Source: an uncultured Cohaesibacter sp.
GTDB taxonomy: Bacteria; Pseudomonadota; Alphaproteobacteria; Rhizobiales; Cohaesibacteraceae
Length of the DNA stretch: 64,000 nucleotides
Reading direction: 5' to 3'
Assembly (NCBI RefSeq): GCF_963662805.2
Contig: NZ_CAXXOW010000012.1
Span: forward strand, 112,154 to 176,153
The notes beneath the pieces are model-generated. The model was not told the DNA's origin, ran no database searches, and was given only the letters and a program-made list of their open reading frames with translations. Position 1 is the stretch's first letter; the number at the start of each line of letters is the position of its first letter. Both the position numbers and the translations under genes were made by a program. Shown in pieces: positions 60,682 to 64,000 of the stretch.

Positions 60682-60690
60682 GTTGAGGCT

Positions 60691-61683
60691 TCAGCCTGCA
60701 TCGACCCAGTAGCGGATAAGCCATGCCGCAATCGAGAAACGCCCCGGGATATGCGGCAGGCCGCTGCTTGAATCCCGGCGCATCATCTCCCGCACTTCGT
60801 CACGCGTGAACCAACGCGCCTCGGTCAGCTCGGTGGGGTCGATGGAAATGCCCGAGCTTTGCGCCTCGGCAAAGCACCCCAGCATCAGCGAAGACGGAAA
60901 CGGCCATGGTTGGCTGGTGAGATATTGCACCGCCCCGATCTTGATCCCCGCTTCTTCCTCGATCTCGCGTCTCACCGCATGTTCAAGGGTCTCGCCCTGT
61001 TCCATGAAACCGGCAAGGGTCGAATACATCGGCGTATCAAAGCGCGTGTGGTGACCGAGCAGGCACCGCTCAACCCCCATCTCGTCGCGATGGATGGCAA
61101 GCATGATGACGACCGGATCGGTCCGGGGAAAATGCATCGCCGAACAGTTCGGGCAGTCCCGCCGAGCGCCCGCAAGGGCGACCTCTGTGCGTGACCCGCA
61201 TTTGGGGCAGAAGGGGTGGTTTTCATGCCATGAGAGCAGACTGTGCGCTTGCGCCACGGAGCCAAGCTGATCCGGAGGCAAAAGGCCCTTGAGCCCCACG
61301 CCGCGCACTGTCTCGAGAAGAAAATCCCGGTCGTCCTCCAGTGCCTTTAGCGCTTCGTTCTTGAGGCGGGTGGCAAGCCGTGGCGCGTTGTTCTCTTCCG
61401 GGTCACATCCCAGCAGGATGACGCGATCCATTCTTGCCCCGAGCCGGTCCGCCTGTTCTGCGCAAAAGAGAGGATCGTGCCGCCCGTCATGCTCCCTCAG
61501 CAACAGCTGATCACCGTCGAACAGATAATAGCGGGCCTCTGGCACGGCCTTCATGCGTTCAAGTGTCGTCTCGTCCCGTGATTCTGTGTCCCGATCGAGG
61601 CGATTGTGCGCATAGCCCAGACCTTCGAAGGATGGCAGCGAATGGGAAAAGGCAAAGAAGTCGTCGGAGGCAATGTCATCCAT
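60691..61683 (-). CDS. nudC: NAD(H) diphosphatase (Nudix)
   Basis: FCPKCG...CPNC zinc motif, FPRTDP, LAGFMEQGETLEHAVRREIEEE, SQPWPFP. Confidence 0.96.
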   Translation of the reverse strand: MDDIASDDFFAFSHSLPSFEGLGYAHNRLDRDTESRDETTLERMKAVPEARYYLFDGDQLLLREHDGRHDPLFCAEQADRLGARMDRVILLGCDPEENNAPRLATRLKNEALKALEDDRDFLLETVRGVGLKGLLPPDQLGSVAQAHSLLSWHENHPFCPKCGSRTEVALAGARRDCPNCSAMHFPRTDPVVIMLAIHRDEMGVERCLLGHHTRFDTPMYSTLAGFMEQGETLEHAVRREIEEEAGIKIGAVQYLTSQPWPFPSSLMLGCFAEAQSSGISIDPTELTEARWFTRDEVREMMRRDSSSGLPHIPGRFSIAAWLIRYWVDAG

Positions 61684-61821
61684 GGAACTGAACCGTATGC
61701 AGTGGAAGAATTGAGGGCCCGAAGGTCTGAAGGTCCGGGGGCCTGCAAGGGAGGGCTTTCGTGCGCTTTCTTTTACGCGCCTCCGAACCCCATATGCAAG
61801 CGGTCTGTCTCAGACACCGTA

Positions 61822-62229
61822 TCAGAGCAGTGCAGTTTGCAACGCTTCGATCATTGCTTCTGCCTCTTCGTCCCCATAGGCTCTCGTCGGCAATTTGCCC
61901 CAGATCGGGCCGGGCCATGCCGCATCGCCTTCTGTGCGGGCGATCACATGCACATGAAGCTGGCGCACCTGATTGCCAAGCTGGGCCACATTGAGCTTGT
62001 CGCAGCCCGTCACCTGTTTGAGAGCGTGGGACACCTGACGGATCTCATCCATCAGCAGGTGCTGCTCCTGCCGTGCCAGATCAATGAGTTCAACCAGACC
62101 GTCCCGCTTTGGAACCATGAGCAGCCAGGGAAAATTGGCATCATTCATCAAGCGGACAGTCGTCAGCTCCAGCTCGGCCAGCGGCAGGCTGTCACCCTCC
62201 AACTGGGGATCAAGTGTGAATTCTGCCAT
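61822..62229 (-). CDS. HIT-family protein
   Basis: RLMNDANFPW, KLNVAQLGNQVRQLHVHVI. Confidence 0.92.
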   Translation of the reverse strand: MAEFTLDPQLEGDSLPLAELELTTVRLMNDANFPWLLMVPKRDGLVELIDLARQEQHLLMDEIRQVSHALKQVTGCDKLNVAQLGNQVRQLHVHVIARTEGDAAWPGPIWGKLPTRAYGDEEAEAMIEALQTALL

Positions 62230-62279
62230 TGCGGATCTCCTATCTTGTGAGACTTTTTAACGAGGATCATGCTCTGCCC

Positions 62280-62308
62280 CTTGCTTTAGCATGCAACAAG
62301 TGACATAT
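62280..62308 (+). promoter_or_regulatory. Putative sigma70 promoter of ffs
   Basis: CTTGCT-N17-ACATAT ending about 7 nt before the predicted RNA 5' end. Confidence 0.5.
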
Positions 62309-62314
62309 GAACAA

Positions 62315-62414
62315 GTGGAAGGTTGGCAATGGACGTTCCCCTCGCCAACCGGGTCAGGTCCGGAAGGAAGCAGCCCTAACGAGTTTAGAGCGGGTCATCT
62401 GTTCAGCCTTCCAC
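62315..62414 (+). ncRNA. ffs: Signal recognition particle 4.5S RNA
   Basis: TCAGGTCCGGAAGGAAGCAGC domain IV motif at 62354-62374; 5' GTGGAAGG pairs with 3' CCTTCCAC; located just upstream of dnaX. Confidence 0.96.
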
Positions 62415-62593
62415 TTTTCCCCCAATTTGTGATCTTTGCAAACCCGCGATAGACGGGCTTTTGGCATGTCTTGCGCGTGGCTCTGCCGTGCTGTCAACAG
62501 GCAGGGCTCCTTGGCGACAAGAAACGTGACGCACCAACGATTCCTCTGCTATGGATGGGACTTCAGGTCACAAAGGTGAACAAGGACATTTCG

Positions 62594-64000
62594 ATGGACG
62601 GTCAGGATCTTCAATCCCGCGAAGGATATCGCGTGCTGGCGCGGAAATACCGCCCCGCGAGCTTTGAAGATATGGTCGGCCAGGGCCCGATGATTCGCAC
62701 CCTGACCAATGCGTTCGCGACCGGACGCATCGCGCAGGCCTACATGTTGACCGGCGTGCGAGGGGTGGGCAAGACCACCACGGCCCGCATTCTGGCCCGC
62801 GCGCTCAATTATGAAATCCCCGGCGAGATCAACCAGCCCACCATCGACATGGACCGCATAGGCACCCATTGTCAGGCCATTATGGAAGGTCGGCACGTCG
62901 ACATCATGGAAATGGACGCCGCCTCCCACACCTCGATCAACGACATCCGCGAGATCATCGAGGCGGCGCGCTACAAACCGGTCAGCGCACGCTACAAGGT
63001 CTACATCATCGACGAAGTGCACATGCTCTCCACCGCCGCCTTCAACGGTCTTCTGAAGACTCTTGAGGAGCCGCCGGAACATGTGAAGTTCATTTTCGCG
63101 ACAACCGAGATTCGCAAGGTGCCGGTGACGGTGCTCTCACGCTGTCAGCGCTTTGACCTGCGCCGCATCGAGGCCGTCGATATGGCGGGCTACATGCGCA
63201 AGATCTGCGACAAGGAGCAGGTCGAGATCGAGGACGATGCCTTGCAGATGATCGCAAGGGCAGGTGAGGGCTCGGTGCGCGATTCCCTGTCTCTGCTCGA
63301 TCAGGCGATTTCGCACGGTGCGGGCAAGATCACCACCGAGACCACCCGCCAGATGCTCGGCCTTGCCGATAGGGCGCGGATCATCGATCTGTTCGAAGCG
63401 CTGATGAAGGGCGATATCGCCACCGCGCTCGAGGAAATGAAGGCGCAATATGACATTGGTGCAGAGCCTGCGGTGGTGCTGTCCGATCTTGCCGACTTTG
63501 TCCATCTGGTCACCCGCCTCAAGCTGACCCCGGATGCCCAGTCCGATGCGGCGGCGACCGAAGCAGAGAAAATCCGCGGCAGGGACTTCGCCGGACAGCT
63601 ATCCGTGCGCGTCTTGTCCCGCGCCTGGCAGATGTTGCTCAAGGGTCTGGCCGAGGTTCAGACCTCGCCGCGCCCGCTGGCCTCTGCCGAAATGGTGCTG
63701 GTGCGCCTCGCCTATGTCGCCGATCTGCCGACCCCGGACGAGGCCCTGCGCCATCTTACAAATCGTGACTATCGCCCGCCGATGCCAACGGGAGCCGGAT
63801 CGGGGCCCTCTCGTCCTCCGGATGCTGCCGTGCCGCCGTCCGAGGATCCATCGGCCCTCGCCTCCGATCCGGGGCCAATGCCTTCCGGCCATCATGGTCC
63901 CACGGCAATGCAGGCAACCGGTGGGAGCGCCACGCCAGCCTCAAGGCCCGAGCAAAAGCTTGGCCACGCCGAACCCGCCAAAAGCGAGAAGGCAGACCTG
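62594..64000 (+). CDS. dnaX: DNA polymerase III gamma/tau subunit, 3' end beyond the window
   Basis: YRVLARKYRP, GVRGVGKTT, MDAAS, IIDEVHML, LKTLEEPP, SRCQRF; frame open to the window end. Confidence 0.97.
   Translation, partial: MDGQDLQSREGYRVLARKYRPASFEDMVGQGPMIRTLTNAFATGRIAQAYMLTGVRGVGKTTTARILARALNYEIPGEINQPTIDMDRIGTHCQAIMEGRHVDIMEMDAASHTSINDIREIIEAARYKPVSARYKVYIIDEVHMLSTAAFNGLLKTLEEPPEHVKFIFATTEIRKVPVTVLSRCQRFDLRRIEAVDMAGYMRKICDKEQVEIEDDALQMIARAGEGSVRDSLSLLDQAISHGAGKITTETTRQMLGLADRARIIDLFEALMKGDIATALEEMKAQYDIGAEPAVVLSDLADFVHLVTRLKLTPDAQSDAAATEAEKIRGRDFAGQLSVRVLSRAWQMLLKGLAEVQTSPRPLASAEMVLVRLAYVADLPTPDEALRHLTNRDYRPPMPTGAGSGPSRPPDAAVPPSEDPSALASDPGPMPSGHHGPTAMQATGGSATPASRPEQKLGHAEPAKSEKADL

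Noticed and set aside
62800-62900. DnaX lacks the four-Cys zinc module (ALNYEIPG...THCQAI)
   Set aside because: As I recall this loss is common in rhizobial DnaX, so it is not unusual; no A-AAA-AAG gamma frameshift site is visible in the part within the window

Overview
A core-chromosome segment of a roughly 60% GC alphaproteobacterium of the Hyphomicrobiales/Rhizobiales type (inferred from gene content and order). In order: 3' end of an RND permease; DUF2189; SDR; bfd-bfr with an Irr/ICE box; ynjBCD-like ABC transporter; hrpB; a nucleoside uptake and catabolism operon (BMP-type ABC, cdd, punA, a deoC remnant, deoA, deoB, a small unknown secreted protein, add, upp, aspartic protease); a HAD phosphatase; an orphan PhnD-fold protein; a Tad/Cpa pilus locus; pepB-marR-NlpC/P60 converging on ghrA and a yejA-yejA-yejBEF peptide transporter; pncA-pncB-ybaK; cytochrome c; kdsB; pheA; four accessory genes; nudC; HIT; SRP RNA; and the 5' part of dnaX. 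I found no CRISPR array, IS element, prophage, rRNA or tRNA, and no clear-cut novel multi-gene system. The best observations are: (i) a decayed deoC relic still holding both translational-coupling junctions; (ii) an uncharacterised 94-aa secreted Cys/Trp protein inside the deo operon; (iii) seven +1 base duplications confined to 53.3-59.7 kb that split five genes and look like local assembly error; (iv) a kdsB that also carries substitutions at conserved positions; (v) a degenerate orphan PhnD-fold protein beside the Tad pseudopilins; (vi) a plausible muropeptide import and hydrolysis neighbourhood. All family assignments come from motifs read by eye; no database search was run.
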